In this document: one piece after another, positions 35,101 to 53,100 of the stretch | Position numbering within the stretch: the stretch's first letter is position 1 | Layout: the number at the start of each line of letters is the position of its first letter | Assembly: GCA_964016885.1 (NCBI GenBank) | Contig: OZ024743.1 | Coordinates: forward strand, 162,502,001 to 162,566,000 | Source of the DNA: Eledone cirrhosa | Taxonomy: Eukaryota | Direction: 5' to 3' | Length of the DNA stretch: 64,000 nucleotides | Notes under the pieces: model-generated | The model's input: only the letters and a program-made list of their open reading frames with translations | Told to the model about the DNA's origin: nothing | Database searches by the model: none | Translations under genes and position numbers: made by a program

Positions 35101-38100
35101 ACCAAGACCGCCACACTGTCCGTTTAGATAACCAGACCACCACACTGTCCATTTAGATAACCAGACCACCACACTGTCCATTTAGATAACCAGACCACCA
35201 CACTGACCATTTAGATAACCAGACCACCACACTGACCATCTACATGACCAGACCACCACACTAACTACTGAGATAACAAGACCACCACACTGACCATTTA
35301 GATAACCAGACCATCACACTGACCATTGAGATAACCAGAGCACAACACTGACAAGCTAGATAACCAGACCAGCACACTGTCTATTTAGATACCAAGACCG
35401 CCACACTGTCCGTTTAGATAACCAGACCACCACACTGTCCATTTAGATAACCAGACCACCACACTGTCCATTTAGATAACCAGACCACCACACTGTCCAT
35501 TTAGATAACCAGACCACCACACTGTCAATCAGATAACCAGTCGACTACACTTTCCATTTAGATAACCAGACCACCACACTGTCCATTGAGATAACCAGAC
35601 CACCACACTTTCCATTTAGATAACCAGACCACCGCACTGTCCATTTAGATAACCAGACCACCACACTGTCCATTTAGATAACCAGACCACCACACTTTCC
35701 ATTTAGATAACCAGACCACCACACTGTCCATTGAGATAACCAGACCACCACACTGTCCATTTAGATAACCAGACCACCACACTGTCCATTTAGATAACCA
35801 GACCACCACACTGTCCATTTAGATAACCAGACCACCACACTGTCCATTTAGATAACCAGACCACCACACTTTCCATTTAGATAACCAGACCACCACACTG
35901 TCCATTGAGATAACCAGACCACCACACTGTCCATTTAGATAACCAGACCACCACACTGACAATTTAGATAACCAGACAACCACACTGTCCATTTAGATAA
36001 CCAGACCACCTCACTGTCCATTGAGATAACCAGACCACCACACTGTCCATTTAGATAACCAGACCACCACACTGTCCATTTAGATAACCAGACCACCACG
36101 CTGTCTATCAGATAACCAGACGACCACACTTTCCATTTAGATAACCAGACCACCACACTGACCCATTAGATAACCAGACCATCACACTGTCCATCAGATA
36201 ACCAGACGACCACACTTTCCATTTAGATAACCAGACCACCACACTGTCCATTGAGATAACCAGACCACCACACTGTCCATTCAGATAACCAGACTATCAC
36301 ACTGACCATTGAGATTACAAGACCACCACACTGACCATCTAGATAACCAGACCACCAGACTGTCCAATTAGATAACCAGACCACCACACTGACCATTTAG
36401 ATAACCAGACCACCACACTGACCATTTAGATAACCAGACCACCACACTGACCATTTAGATAACCAGACAACCACACTGACCATTTAGATAACCAGACCAC
36501 CACACTGACCATTTAGATAACCAGACAACCACACTGTCCATTTAGATAACCAGACCACCACACTGTCCATTTAGATAACCAGACCACCACACTGTCCATT
36601 CAGATAACCAGACAACCACACTGACCATTTAGATAACCAGACCACCACACTGTCCATTTAGATAACCAGACCACCACACTGACCATTTAGATAACCAGAC
36701 AACCACACTGTCCATTTAGATAACCAGACCACCACACTGTCCATTTAGATAACCAGACCACCACACTGTCCATTTAGATAACCAGACCACCACGCTGTCT
36801 ATCAGATAACCAGACGACCACACTTTCCATTTAGATAACCAGACCACCACACTGACCCATTAGATAACCAGACCATCACACTGTCCATCAGATAACCAGA
36901 CGACCACACTTTCCATTTAGATAACCAGACCACCACACTGTCCATTGAGATAACCAGACCACCACACTGTCCATTCAGATAACCAGACTATCACACTGAC
37001 CATTGAGATTACAAGACCACCACACTGACCATCTAGATAACCAGACCACCAGACTGTCCAATTAGATAACCAGACCACCACACTGACCATTTAGATAACC
37101 AGACCACCACACTGACCATTTAGATAACCAGACCACCACACTGACCATTTAGATAACCAGACAACCACACTGACCATTTAGATAACCAGACCACCACACT
37201 GACCATTTAGATAACCAGACCACCACACTGTCCATTTAGATAACCAGACCACCACACTGTCCATTCAGATAACCAGACCACCACACTGACTATTGAGATG
37301 ACCAGACGACCACATTCTCCGTTAAACAACCAGACCACCACACTGTCCATTTAGATAACCAGACCACCACACTGTCCATTTAGATAACCAGACCACCACG
37401 CTGTCTATCAGATAACCAGACGACCACACTTTCCATTTAGATAACCAGACCACCACACTGACCCATTAGATAACCAGACCATCACACTGTCCATTTAGAT
37501 AACCAGACCAACACGCTGTTCATTTAGATAACCAAACCAGCACACGGACCATTTAGATCGCCAGACCACCACACTGACCATTTAGATAACCATACCACTA
37601 CACTGACCATTGAAATAAAGAGACCACAACACTGACCATTTAGATAACCAAACCACCACACTGACCATTGAGATAACAAGACGACCAAACTCTCCATTTA
37701 GATAACCAGACCATCACACTGACCATTTAGATAACCAGACCACCACACTGACCATTGAGATAACCAGACCACCACACTGTCCATTGATATAATCAGACCA
37801 CCACACTGTCCATTTAGATAACCAGACCATCACACTGACCATTTAGATAACCAGACCACCATACTGAACATCTAGATAACCAGACCACCAGGCTGACCAT
37901 TTAGATAACCAGACCATCACACTGACCATTGAGATAACCAGACCACCACTCTGACCATTTAGATTACCAGACCACCACACTGTCCATTTAGATACCAAGA
38001 CCACCACACTGTCCATTTAGATAACCAGACCACCACACTTTCCATTTAGATAACCAGACCACCACACTGTCCCTTTATATAACCAGACCACCACACTTTC

Positions 38101-41100
38101 CGTTTAGATAACCAGACCACCACACTGTCCATTTATATAACCCGACCACCACACTGTCCATCAGATGACCTGACAACCACATTTTCCATTTAGATAACCA
38201 GACCACCACACTGTCCATTGAGATAACCAGACCACCACACTGTCCATTTAGATAACCAGACCACCACACTGTCCATTTAGATAACCAGACCACCACACTG
38301 TCCATTTAGATAACCAGACCACCACAGTGTCTATTGAGATAACCAGACCACCACATTTTCCATTGAGATAAACAGACCACCACACTGACCAATTAGATAA
38401 CCGGACCATCACACTGTCCATTTAGATAACCAGACCACCACAGTGTCTATTGAGATAACCAGACCACCACATTTTCCATGGAGAAAAACAGACCACCACA
38501 CTGACCATTTAGATAACCAGACCACCACACTGTCCATTTAGATAACAAGACCACCACACTGACCATTTAGATAACCAGACCACCACACTGACCATATAGA
38601 TAACCAGACCACCACACTGACCATTTAGATAACCAAACCACCACACTGACCAATTAGATAACAAGACCACCACACAGTCCATTTAGATAACCAGACCACC
38701 ACACTGTCCATTGAGATAACGACACCACAACACTGACCAATTAGATAACCAGACCACCACACTGACCATGTACATGACCAGACTACCACACTGACCATCT
38801 AGATAACTAGACCACCACACTGTCCATTTAGATACCAAGACCACCACACTGTACATTTAGATAACCAGACCATCACACTGTCCATCAGATAACCAGACGA
38901 CCACACTTTCCATTTAGATAACCAGACCACCACACTGTCCATTGAGATAACCAGACCACCACACTGTCCATTCAGATAACCAGACTATCACACTGACCAT
39001 TGAGATTACAAGACCACCACACTGACCATCTAGATAACCAGACCACCAGACTGTCCAATTAGATAACCAGACCACCACACTGACCATTTAGATAACCAGA
39101 CCACCACACTGACCATTTAGATAACCAGACAACCACACTGACCATTTAGATAACCAGACCACCACACTGACCATTTAGATAACCAGACCACCACACTGTC
39201 CATTTAGATAACCAGACCACCACACTGTCCATTCAGATAACCAGACCACCACACTGACCATTGAGATGACCAGACGACCACACTGACCATTGAGATGACC
39301 AGACCACCACACTGACCATTGAGATGACCAGACGACCACACTGACCATTTAGATAACCAAACCACCACACTGACCATTTAGATAACCAGACCACCACACT
39401 GTCCATTTAGATAACCAGACCACCACACTGTCCATTCAGATAACCAGACCACCACACTGACCATTGAGATGACCAGACGACCACACTGACCATTGAGATG
39501 ACCAGACCACCACACTGACCATTGAGATGACCAGACGACCACACTGACCATTTAGATAACCAGACCACCACACTGACCAATTAGATGACCAGACTACGAC
39601 ACTAACTACTGAGATAACCACACCACCACACTGACCATCTACATGACCAGACCACCACACTAACTACTGAGATAACAAGACCACCACACTGACCATTTAG
39701 ATAACCAGACCATCACACTGACCATTGAGATAACCAGAGCACAACACTGACAAGCTAGATAACCAGACCAGCACACTGTCTATTTAGATACCAAGACCGC
39801 CACACTGTCCGTTTAGATAACCAGACCACCACACTGTCCATTTAGATAACCAGACCACCACACTGTCCATTTAGATAACCAGACCACCACACTGACCATT
39901 TAGATAACCAGACCACCACACTGACCATCTACATGACCAGACCACCACACTAACTACTGAGATAACAAGACCACCACACTGACCATTTAGATAACCAGAC
40001 CATCACACTGACCATTGAGATAACCAGAGCACAACACTGACAAGCTAGATAACCAGACCAGCACACTGTCTATTTAGCTACCAAGACCGCCACACTGTCC
40101 GTTTAGATAACCAGACCGCCACACTGTCCATTTAGATAACCAGACCACCACACTGTCCATTTAGATAACCAGACCACCACACTGTCCATTTAGATAACCA
40201 GACCACCACACTGTCAATCAGATAACCAGTCGACTACACTTTCCATTTAGATAACCATACCACCACACTGTCCATTGAGATAACCAGACCACCACACTTT
40301 CCATTTAGATAACCAGACCACCGCACTGTCCATTTAGATAACCAGACCACCACACTGTCCATTTAGATAACCAGACCACCACACTTTCCATTTAGATAAC
40401 CAGACCACCACACTGTCCATTGAGATAACCAGACCACCACACTGTCCATTTAGATAACCAGACCACCACACTGTCCATTTAGATAACCAGACCACCACAC
40501 TGTCCATTTAGATAACCAGACCACCACACTGTCCATTTAGATAACCAGACCACCACACTTTCCATTTAGATAACCAGACCACCACACTGTCCATTGAGAT
40601 AACCAGACCACCACACTGTCCATTTAGATAACCAGACCACCACACTGACCATTTAGATAACCAGACAACCACACTGTCCATTTAGATAACCAGACCACCT
40701 CACTGTCCATTGAGATAACCAGACCACCACACTGTCCATTTAGATAACCAGACCACCACACTGTCCATTTAGATAACCAGACCACCACGCTGTCTATCAG
40801 ATAACCAGACGACCACACTTTCCATTTAGATAACCAGACCACCACACTGACCCATTAGATAACCAGACCATCACACTGTCCATTTAGATAACCAGACCAA
40901 CACGCTGTTCATTTAGATAACCAAACCAGCACACGGACCATTTAGATCGCCAGACCACCACACTGACCATTTAGATAACCATACCACTACACTGACCATT
41001 GAAATAAAGAGACCACAACACTGACCATTTAGATAACCAGACCACCACACTGACCATTGAGATAACAAGACGACCAAACTCTCCATTTAGATAACCAGAC

Positions 41101-44100
41101 CATCACACTGACCATTTAGATAACCAGACCACCACACTGACCATTGAGATAACCAGACCACCACACTGTCCATTGATATAATCAGACCACCACACTGTCC
41201 ATTTAGATAACCAGACCATCACACTGACCATTTAGATAACCAGACCACCATATTGAACTTCTAGATAACCAGACCACCAGGCTGACCATTTAGATAACCA
41301 GACCATCACACTGACCATTGAGATAACCAGACCACCACTCTGACCATTTAGATTACCAGACCACCACACTGTCCATTTAGATACCAAGACCACCACACTG
41401 TCCATTTAGATAACCAGACCACCACACTTTCCATTTAGATAACCAGACCACCACACTGTCCCTTTATATAACCAGACCACCACACTTTCCGTTTAGATAA
41501 CCAGACCACCACACTGTCCATTTATATAACCCGACCACCACACTGTCCATCAGATGACCTGACAACCACATTTTCCATTTAGATAACCAGACCACCACAC
41601 TGTCCATTGAGATAACCAGACCACCACACTGTCCATTTAGATAACCAGACCACCACACTGTCCATTTAGATAACCAGACCACCACACTGTCCATTTAGAT
41701 AACCAGACCACCACAGTGTCTATTGAGATAACCAGACCACCACATTTTCCATTGAGATAAACAGACCACCACACTGACCAATTAGATAACCGGACCATCA
41801 CACTGTCCATTTAGATAACCAGACCACCACAGTGTCTATTGAGATAACCAGACCACCACATTTTCCATGGAGAAAAACAGACCACCACACTGACCATTTA
41901 GATAACCAGACCACCACACTGTCCATTTAGATAACAAGACCACCACACTGACCATTTCGATAACCAGACCACCACACTGACCATTGAGATAACCAGACCA
42001 CCACACTGACCAATTAGATAACCAGAGCATCATACTGTCCAATTAGATAACCAGACCACCACACTGACCATTGAGATAACCAGACCACCACACTGACCAA
42101 TTAGATAACCAGAGCATCATACTGTCCAATTAGATAACCAGAACACCACACTGTCCATTTAGATAACCAGACCACCACACTGTCCATTGAGATAACGACA
42201 CCACCACACAGACCATCTAGATAACCTGACCGCCACACTGACCATTGAGATAACCAGACCACCATACTGACCATTTAGATAACCAGACGACCACACTTTC
42301 TATTTAGATAACCAGACCACCACACTGTCCATTTATATAACCAGACCACCACACGTTCCATTTAGATAACCAGACCACCACAATGTCCATTTATATAACC
42401 AGACCACCACACTGTCCATTGAGATAACCAGACCACCACACTGACCATCTAGATAACCAGACCACCACACTGACCATTTAGATAACCAGACAACCACACT
42501 GACCATTTAGATAACCAGACCACCACACTGACCATTTAGATAACCAGACAACCACACTGACCATTTAGATAACCAGACCACCACACTGACCATTTAGATA
42601 ACCAGACCACCACACTGTCCATTTAGATAACCAGACCACCACACTGTCCATTCAGATAACCAGACCACCACACTGTCCATTCAGATAACCCGACCACCAC
42701 ACTGTCAATTGAGATAACCAGACCACCACATTGTCCATTGAGATAACCAGACCACCACACTGACGAATTAGATAACCGGACCATCACACTGCCCATAGAG
42801 AGAACCAAGCCCCCACATTTTCCATTGAGATAACCAGACCACCACACTGACAATTTAGATAACCAGACGACCACACTTTCCATCTAGATAACCAGACCAC
42901 CACACTGACCAATTAGATAACCAGACCACCACATTGTCCATTGAGATAACCATACCACCACACTGTCCATTTAGATGACCAGACCACCACAGTGACCATT
43001 TAGATTACCAGACCACCACACTGACCATATAGATAACCAGACCACCACACTGACCATTTAGATAACCAAACCACCACACTGACCATATAGATAACCAGAC
43101 AACCACACTGACCATTTAGATAACCAGACCACCACACTGACAATTTAGATAACCAGACGACCACACTTTCCATCTAGATAACCAGACCACCACACTGACC
43201 ATATAGATAACCAGACCACCACACTGACCATTTAGATAACCAGACCACCACACTGTCCATTTAGATAACCAGACCACCACACTGTCCATTTAGATAACCA
43301 GACCACCACACTGTCCATTTAGATAACCAGACCACCACACTGTCCATTTAGATAACCAGACCACCACACTGTCAATCAGATAACCAGTCGACTACACTTT
43401 CCATTTAGATAACCAGACCACCACACTGTCCATTGAGATAACCAGACCACCACACTTTCCATTTAGATAACCAGACCACCACACTGTCCATTTAGATAAC
43501 CAGACCACCACACTGTCCATTTAGATAACCAGACCACCACACTTTCCATTTAGATAACCAGACCACCACACTGTCCAAAGAGATAACCAGACCACCACAC
43601 TGTCCATTTAGATAACCAGACCACCACACTGTCCATTTAGATAACCAGACCACCACACTGTCCATTTAGATAACCAGACCACAACACTGTCCATTTAGAT
43701 AACCAGACCACCACACTTTCCATTTAGATAACCAGACCACCACACTGTCCATTGAGATAACCAGACCACCACACTGTCCATTTAGATAACCAGACCACCA
43801 CACTGACCATTTAGATAACCAGACAACCACACTGTCCATTTAGATAACCAGACCACCTCACTGTCCATTGAGATAACCAGACCACCACACTGTCCATTTA
43901 GATAACCAGACCACCACACTGTCCATTTAGATAACCAGACCACCACGCTGTCTATCAGATAACCAGACGACCACACTTTCCATTTAGATAACCAGACCAC
44001 CACACTGACCCATTAGATAACCAGACCATCACACTGTCCATTTAGATAACCAGACCAACACGCTGTTCATTTAGATAACCAAACCAGCACACGGACCATT

Positions 44101-47100
44101 TAGATCGCCAGACCACCACACTGACCATTTAGATAACCATACCACTACACTGACCATTGAAATAAAGAGACCACAACACTGACCATTTAGATAACCAGAC
44201 CACCACACTGACCATTGAGATAACAAGACGACCAAACTCTCCATTTAGATAACCAGACCATCACACTGACCATTTAGATAACCAGACCACCACACTGACC
44301 ATTGAGATAACCAGACCACCACACTGTCCATTGATATAATCAGACCACCACACTGTCCATTTAGATAACCAGACCATCACACTGACCATTTAGATAACCA
44401 GACCACCATATTGAACGTCTAGATAACCAGACCACCAGGCTGACCATTTAGATAACCAGACCATCACACTGACCATTGAGATAACCAGACCACCACTCTG
44501 AGCATTTAGATTACCAGACCACCACACTGTCCATTTAGATACCAAGACCACCACACTGTCCATTTAGATTACCAGACCACCACACTTTCCATTTAGATAA
44601 CCAGACCACCACACTGTCCCTTTATATAACCAGACCACCACACTTTCCGTTTAGATAACCAGACCACCACACTGTCCATTTATATAACCCGACCACCACA
44701 CTGTCCATCAGATGACCTGACAACCACATTTTCCATTTAGATAACCAGACCACCACACTGTCCATTGAGATAACCAGACCACCACACTGTCCATTTAGAT
44801 AACCAGACCACCACACTGTCCATTTAGATAACCAGACCACCACACTGTCCATTTAGATAACCAGACCACCACAGTGTCTATTGAGATAACCAGACCACCA
44901 CATTTTCCATTGAGATAACCAGACCACCACACTGACCAATTAGATAACCGGACCATCACACTGTCCATTTAGATAACCAGACCACCACAGTGTCTATTGA
45001 GATAACCAGACCACCACATTTTCCATGGAGAAAAACAGACCACCACACTGACCATTTAGATAACCAGACCACCACACTGTCCATTTAGATAACAAGACCA
45101 CCACACTGACCATTTCGATAACCAGACCACCACACTGACCATTGAGATAACCAGACCACCACACTGACCAATTAGATAACCAGAGCATCATACTGTCCAA
45201 TTAGATAACCAGACCACCACACTGTCCATTTAGATAACCAGACCACCACACTGTCCATTGAGATAACGACACCACCACACAGACCATCTAGATAACCTGA
45301 CCGCCACACTGACCATTGAGATAACCAGACCACCATACTGACCATTTAGATAACCAGACGACCACACTTTCTATTTAGATAACCAGACCACCACACTGTC
45401 CATTTATATAACCAGACCACCACACGTTCCATTTAGATAACCAGACCACCACAATGTCCATTTATATAACCAGACCACCACACTGTCCATTGAGATAACC
45501 AGACCACCACACTGACCATCTAGATAACCAGACCACCACACTGACCATTTAGATAACCAGACAACCACACTGACCATTTAGATAACCAGACCACCACACT
45601 GACCATTTAGATAACCAGACAACCACACTGACCATTTAGATAACCAGACCACCACACTGACCATTTAGATAACCAGACCACCACACTGTCCATTTAGATA
45701 ACCAGACCACCACACTGTCCATTCAGATAACCAGACCACCACACTGTCCATTCAGATAACCCGACCACCACACTGTCAATTGAGATAACCAGACCACCAC
45801 ATTGTCCATTGAGATAACCAGACCACCACACTGACGAATTAGATAACCGGACCATCACACTGCCCATAGAGAGAACCAAGCTCCCACATTTTCCATTGAG
45901 ATAACCAGACCACCACACTGACAATTTAGATAACCAGACGACCACACTTTCCATCTAGATAACCAGACCACCACACTGACCAATTAGATAACCAGACCAC
46001 CACATTGTCCATTGAGATAACCATACCACCACACTGTCCATTTAGATGACCAGACCACCACAGTGACCATTTAGATTACCAGACCACCACACTGACCATA
46101 TAGATAACCAGACCACCACACTGACCATTTAGATAACCAAACCACCACACTGACCATATAGATAACCAGACAACCACACTGACCATTTAGATAACCAGAC
46201 CACCACACTGACAATTTAGATAACCAGACGACCACACTTTCCATCTAGATAACCAGACCACCACACTGACCATATAGATAACCAGACCACCACACTGACC
46301 ATTTAGATAACCAGACCACCACACTGTCCATTTAGATAACCAGACCACCACACTGTCCATTTAGATAACCAGACCACCACACTGTCCATTTAGATAACCA
46401 GACCACCACACTGTCCATTTAGATAACCAGACCACCACACTGTCAATCAGATAACCAGTCGACTACACTTTCCATTTAGATAACCAGACCACCACACTGT
46501 CCATTGAGATAACCAGACCACCACACTTTCCATTTAGATAACCAGACCACCACACTGTCCATTTAGATAACCAGACCACCACACTGTCCATTTAGATAAC
46601 CAGACCACCACACTTTCCATTTAGATAACCAGACCACCACACTGTCCAAAGAGATAACCAGACCACCACACTGTCCATTTAGATAACCAGACCATCACAC
46701 TGTCCATTTAGATAACCAGACCAACACGCTGTTCATTTAGATAACCAAACCAGCACACGGACCATTTAGATCGCCAGACCACCACACTGACCATTTAGAT
46801 AACCATACCACTACACTGACCATTGAAATAAAGAGACCACAACACTGACCATTTAGATAACCAGACCACCACACTGACCATTGAGATAACAAGACGACCA
46901 AACTCTCCATTTAGATAACCAGACCATCACACTGACCATTTAGATAACCAGACCACCACACTGACCATTGAGATAACCAGACCACCACACTGTCCATTGA
47001 TATAATCAGACCACCACACTGTCCATTTAGATAACCAGACCATCACACTGACCATTTAGATAACCAGACCACCATATTGAACGTCTAGATAACCAGACCA

Positions 47101-50100
47101 CCAGGCTGACCATTTAGATAACCAGACCATCACACTGACCATTGAGATAACCAGACCACCACTCTGACCATTTAGATTACCAGACCACCACACTGTCCAT
47201 TTAGATACCAAGACCACCACACTGTCCATTTAGATTACCAGACCACCACACTTTCCATTTAGATAACCAGACCACCACACTGTCCCTTTATATAACCAGA
47301 CCACCACACTTTCCGTTTAGATAACCAGACCACCACACTGTCCATTTATATAACCCGACCACCACACTGTCCATCAGATGACCTGACAACCACATTTTCC
47401 ATTTAGATAACCAGACCACCACACTGTCCATTGAGATAACCAGACCACCACACTGTCCATTTAGATAACCAGACCACCACACTGTCCATTTAGATAACCA
47501 GACCACCACACTGTCCATTTAGATAACCAGACCACCACAGTGTCTATTGAGATAACCAGACCACCACATTTTCCATTGAGATAACCAGACCACCACACTG
47601 ACCAATTAGATAACCGGACCATCACACTGTCCATTTAGATAACCAGACCACCACAGTGTCTATTGAGATAACCAGACCACCACATTTTCCATGGAGAAAA
47701 ACAGACCACCACACTGACCATTTAGATAACCAGACCACCACACTGTCCATTTAGATAACAAGACCACCACACTGACCATTTCGATAACCAGACCACCACA
47801 CTGACCATTGAGATAACCAGACCACCACACTGACCATTTAGATAACCAGAGCATCATACTGTCCAATTAGATAACCAGACCACCACACTGTCCATTTAGA
47901 TAACCAGACCACCACACTGTCCATTGAGATAACGACACCACCACACAGACCATCTAGATAACCTGACCGCCACACTGACCATTGAGATAACCAGACCACC
48001 ATACTGACCATTTAGATAACCAGACGACCACACTTTCTATTTAGATAACCAGACCACCAAACTGTCCATTTATATAACCAGACCACCACACGTTCCATTT
48101 AGATAACCAGACCACCACAATGTCCATTTATATAACCAGACCACCACACTGTCCATTGAGATAACCAGACCACCACACTGACCATCTAGATAACCAGACC
48201 ACCACACTGACCATTTAGATAACCAGACAACCACACTGACCATTTAGATAACCAGACCACCACACTGACCATTTAGATAACCAGACAACCACACTGACCA
48301 TTTAGATAACCAGACCACCACACTGACCATTTAGATAACCAGACCACCACACTGTCCATTTAGATAACCAGACCACCACACTGTCCATTCAGATAACCAG
48401 ACCACCACACTGTCCATTCAGATAACCCGACCACCACACTGTCAATTGAGATAACCAGACCACCACATTGTCCATTGAGATAACCAGACCACCACACTGA
48501 CGAATTAGATAACCGGACCATCACACTGCCCATAGAGAGAACCAAGCCCCCACATTTTCCATTGAGATAACCAGACCACCACACTGACAATTTAGATAAC
48601 CAGACGACCACACTTTCCATCTAGATAACCAGACCACCACACTGACCAATTAGATAACCGGACCATCACACTGTCCATTTAGATAACCAGACCACCACAG
48701 TGTCTATTGAGATAACCAGACCACCACATTTTCCATGGAGAAAAACAGACCACCACACTGACCATTTAGATAACCAGACCACCACACTGTCCATTTAGAT
48801 AACAAGACCACCACACTGACCATTTCGATAACCAGACCACCACACTGACCATTGAGATAACCAGACCACCACACTGACCAATTAGATAACCAGAGCATCA
48901 TACTGTCCAATTAGATAACCAGACCACCACACTGTCCATTTAGATAACCAGACCACCACACTGTCCATTGAGATAACGACACCACCACACAGACCATCTA
49001 GATAACCTGACCGCCACACTGACCATTGAGATAACCAGACCACCATACTGACCATTTAGATAACCAGACGACCACACTTTCTATTTAGATAACCAGACCA
49101 CCACACTGTCCATTTATATAACCAGACCACCACACGTTCCATTTAGATAACCAGACCACCACAATGTCCATTTATATAACCAGACCACCACACTGTCCAT
49201 TGAGATAACCAGACCACCACACTGACCATCTAGATAACCAGACCACCACACTGACCATTTAGATAACCAGACAACCACACTGACCATTTAGATAACCAGA
49301 CCACCACACTGACCATTTAGATAACCAGACAACCACACTGACCATTTAGATAACCAGACCACCACACTGACCATTTAGATAACCAGACCACCACACTGTC
49401 CATTTAGATAACCAGACCACCACACTGTCCATTCAGATAACCAGACCACCACACTGTCCATTCAGATAACCCGACCACCACACTGTCAATTGAGATAACC
49501 AGACCACCACATTGTCCATTGAGATAACCAGACCACCACACTGACGAATTAGATAACCGGACCATCACACTGCCCATAGAGAGAACCAAGCTCCCACATT
49601 TTCCATTGAGATAACCAGACCACCACACTGACAATTTAGATAACCAGACGACCACACTTTCCATCTAGATAACCAGACCACCACACTGACCAATTAGATA
49701 ACCAGACCACCACATTGTCCATTGAGATAACCATACCACCACACTGTCCATTTAGATGACCAGACCACCACAGTGACCATTTAGATTACCAGACCACCAC
49801 ACTGACCATATAGATAACCAGACCACCACACTGACCATTTAGATAACCAAACCACCACACTGACCATATAGATAACCAGACAACCACACTGACCATTTAG
49901 ATAACCAGACCACCACACTGACAATTTAGATAACCAGACGACCACACTTTCCATCTAGATAACCAGACCACCACACTGACCATATAGATAACCAGACCAC
50001 CACACTGACCATTTAGATAACCAGACCACCACACTGTCCATTTAGATAACCAGACCACCACACTGTCCATTTAGATAACCAGACCACCACACTGTCCATT

Positions 50101-53100
50101 TAGATAACCAGACCACCACACTGTCCATTTAGATAACCAGACCACCACACTGTCAATCAGATAACCAGTCGACTACACTTTCCATTTAGATAACCAGACC
50201 ACCACACTGTCCATTGAGATAACCAGACCACCACACTTTCCATTTAGATAACCAGACCACCACACTGTCCATTTAGATAACCAGACCACCACACTGTCCA
50301 TTTAGATAACCAGACCACCACACTTTCCATTTAGATAACCAGACCACCACACTGTCCAAAGAGATAACCAGACCACCACACTGTCCATTTAGATAACCAG
50401 ACCATCACACTGTCCATTTAGATAACCAGACCAACACGCTGTTCATTTAGATAACCAAACCAGCACACGGACCATTTAGATCGCCAGACCACCACACTGA
50501 CCATTTAGATAACCATACCACTACACTGACCATTGAAATAAAGAGACCACAACACTGACCATTTAGATAACCAGACCACCACACTGACCATTGAGATAAC
50601 AAGACGACCAAACTCTCCATTTAGATAACCAGACCATCACACTGACCATTTAGATAACCAGACCACCACACTGACCATTGAGATAACCAGACCACCACAC
50701 TGTCCATTGATATAATCAGACCACCACACTGTCCATTTAGATAACCAGACCATCACACTGACCATTTAGATAACCAGACCACCATATTGAACGTCTAGAT
50801 AACCAGACCACCAGGCTGACCATTTAGATAACCAGACCATCACACTGACCATTGAGATAACCAGACCACCACTCTGACCATTTAGATTACCAGACCACCA
50901 CACTGTCCATTTAGATACCAAGACCACCACACTGTCCATTTAGATTACCAGACCACCACACTTTCCATTTAGATAACCAGACCACCACACTGTCCCTTTA
51001 TATAACCAGACCACCACACTTTCCGTTTAGATAACCAGACCACCACACTGTCCATTTATATAACCCGACCACCACACTGTCCATCAGATGACCTGACAAC
51101 CACATTTTCCATTTAGATAACCAGACCACCACACTGTCCATTGAGATAACCAGACCACCACACTGTCCATTTAGATAACCAGACCACCACACTGTCCATT
51201 TAGATAACCAGACCACCACACTGTCCATTTAGATAACCAGACCACCACAGTGTCTATTGAGATAACCAGACCACCACATTTTCCATTGAGATAACCAGAC
51301 CACCACACTGACCAATTAGATAACCGGACCATCACACTGTCCATTTAGATAACCAGACCACCACAGTGTCTATTGAGATAACCAGACCACCACATTTTCC
51401 ATGGAGAAAAACAGACCACCACACTGACCATTTAGATAACCAGACCACCACACTGTCCATTTAGATAACAAGACCACCACACTGACCATTTCGATAACCA
51501 GACCACCACACTGACCATTGAGATAACCAGACCACCACACTGACCAATTAGATAACCAGAGCATCATACTGTCCAATTAGATAACCAGACCACCACACTG
51601 TCCATTTAGATAACCAGACCACCACACTGTCCATTGAGATAACGACACCACCACACAGACCATCTAGATAACCTGACCGCCACACTGACCATTGAGATAA
51701 CCAGACCACCATACTGACCATTTAGATAACCAGACGACCACACTTTCTATTTAGATAACCAGACCACCACACTGTCCATTTATATAACCAGACCACCACA
51801 CGTTCCATTTAGATAACCAGACCACCACAATGTCCATTTATATAACCAGACCACCACACTGTCCATTGAGATAACCAGACCACCACACTGACCATCTAGA
51901 TAACCAGACCACCACACTGACCATTTAGATAACCAGACAACCACACTGACCATTTAGATAACCAGACCACCACACTGACCATTTAGATAACCAGACAACC
52001 ACACTGACCATTTAGATAACCAGACCACCACACTGACCATTTAGATAACCAGACCACCACACTGTCCATTTAGATAACCAGACCACCACACTGTCCATTC
52101 AGATAACCAGACCAGCACACTGTCCAATCAGATAACCCGACCACCACACTGTCAATTGAGATAACCAGACCACCACATTGTCCATTGAGATAACCAGACC
52201 ACCACACTGACGAATTAGATAACCGGACCATCACACTGCCCATAGAGAGAACCAAGCCCCCACATTTTCCATTGAGATAACCAGACCACCACACTGACAA
52301 TTTAGATAACCAGACGACCACACTTTCCATCTAGATAACCAGACCACCACACTGACCAATTAGATAACCAGACCACCACATTGTCCATTGAGATAACCAT
52401 ACCACCACACTGTCCATTTAGATGACCAGACCACCACAGTGACCATTTAGATTACCAGACCACCACACTGACCATATAGATAACCAGACCACCACACTGA
52501 CCATTTAGATAACCAAACCACCACACTGACCATATAGATAACCAGACAACCACACTGACCATTTAGATAACCAGACCACCACACTGACAATTTAGATAAC
52601 CAGACGACCACACTTTCCATCTAGATAACCAGACCACCACACTGACCATATAGATAACCAGACCACCACACTGACCATTTAGATAACCAGACCACCACAC
52701 TGTCCATTTAGATAACCAGACCACCACACTGTCCATTTAGATAACCAGACCACCACACTGTCCATTTAGATAACCAGACCACCACACTGTCCATTTAGAT
52801 AACCAGACCACCACACTGTCAATCAGATAACCAGTCGACTACACTTTCCATTTAGATAACCAGACCACCACACTGTCCATTGAGATAACCAGACCACCAC
52901 ACTTTCCATTTAGATAACCAGACCACCACACTGTCCATTTAGATAACCAGACCACCACACTGTCCATTTAGATAACCAGACCACCACACTTTCCATTTAG
53001 ATAACCAGACCACCACACTGTCCAAAGAGATAACCAGACCACCACACTGTCCATTTAGATAACCAGACCACCACACTGTCCATTTAGATAACCAGACCAC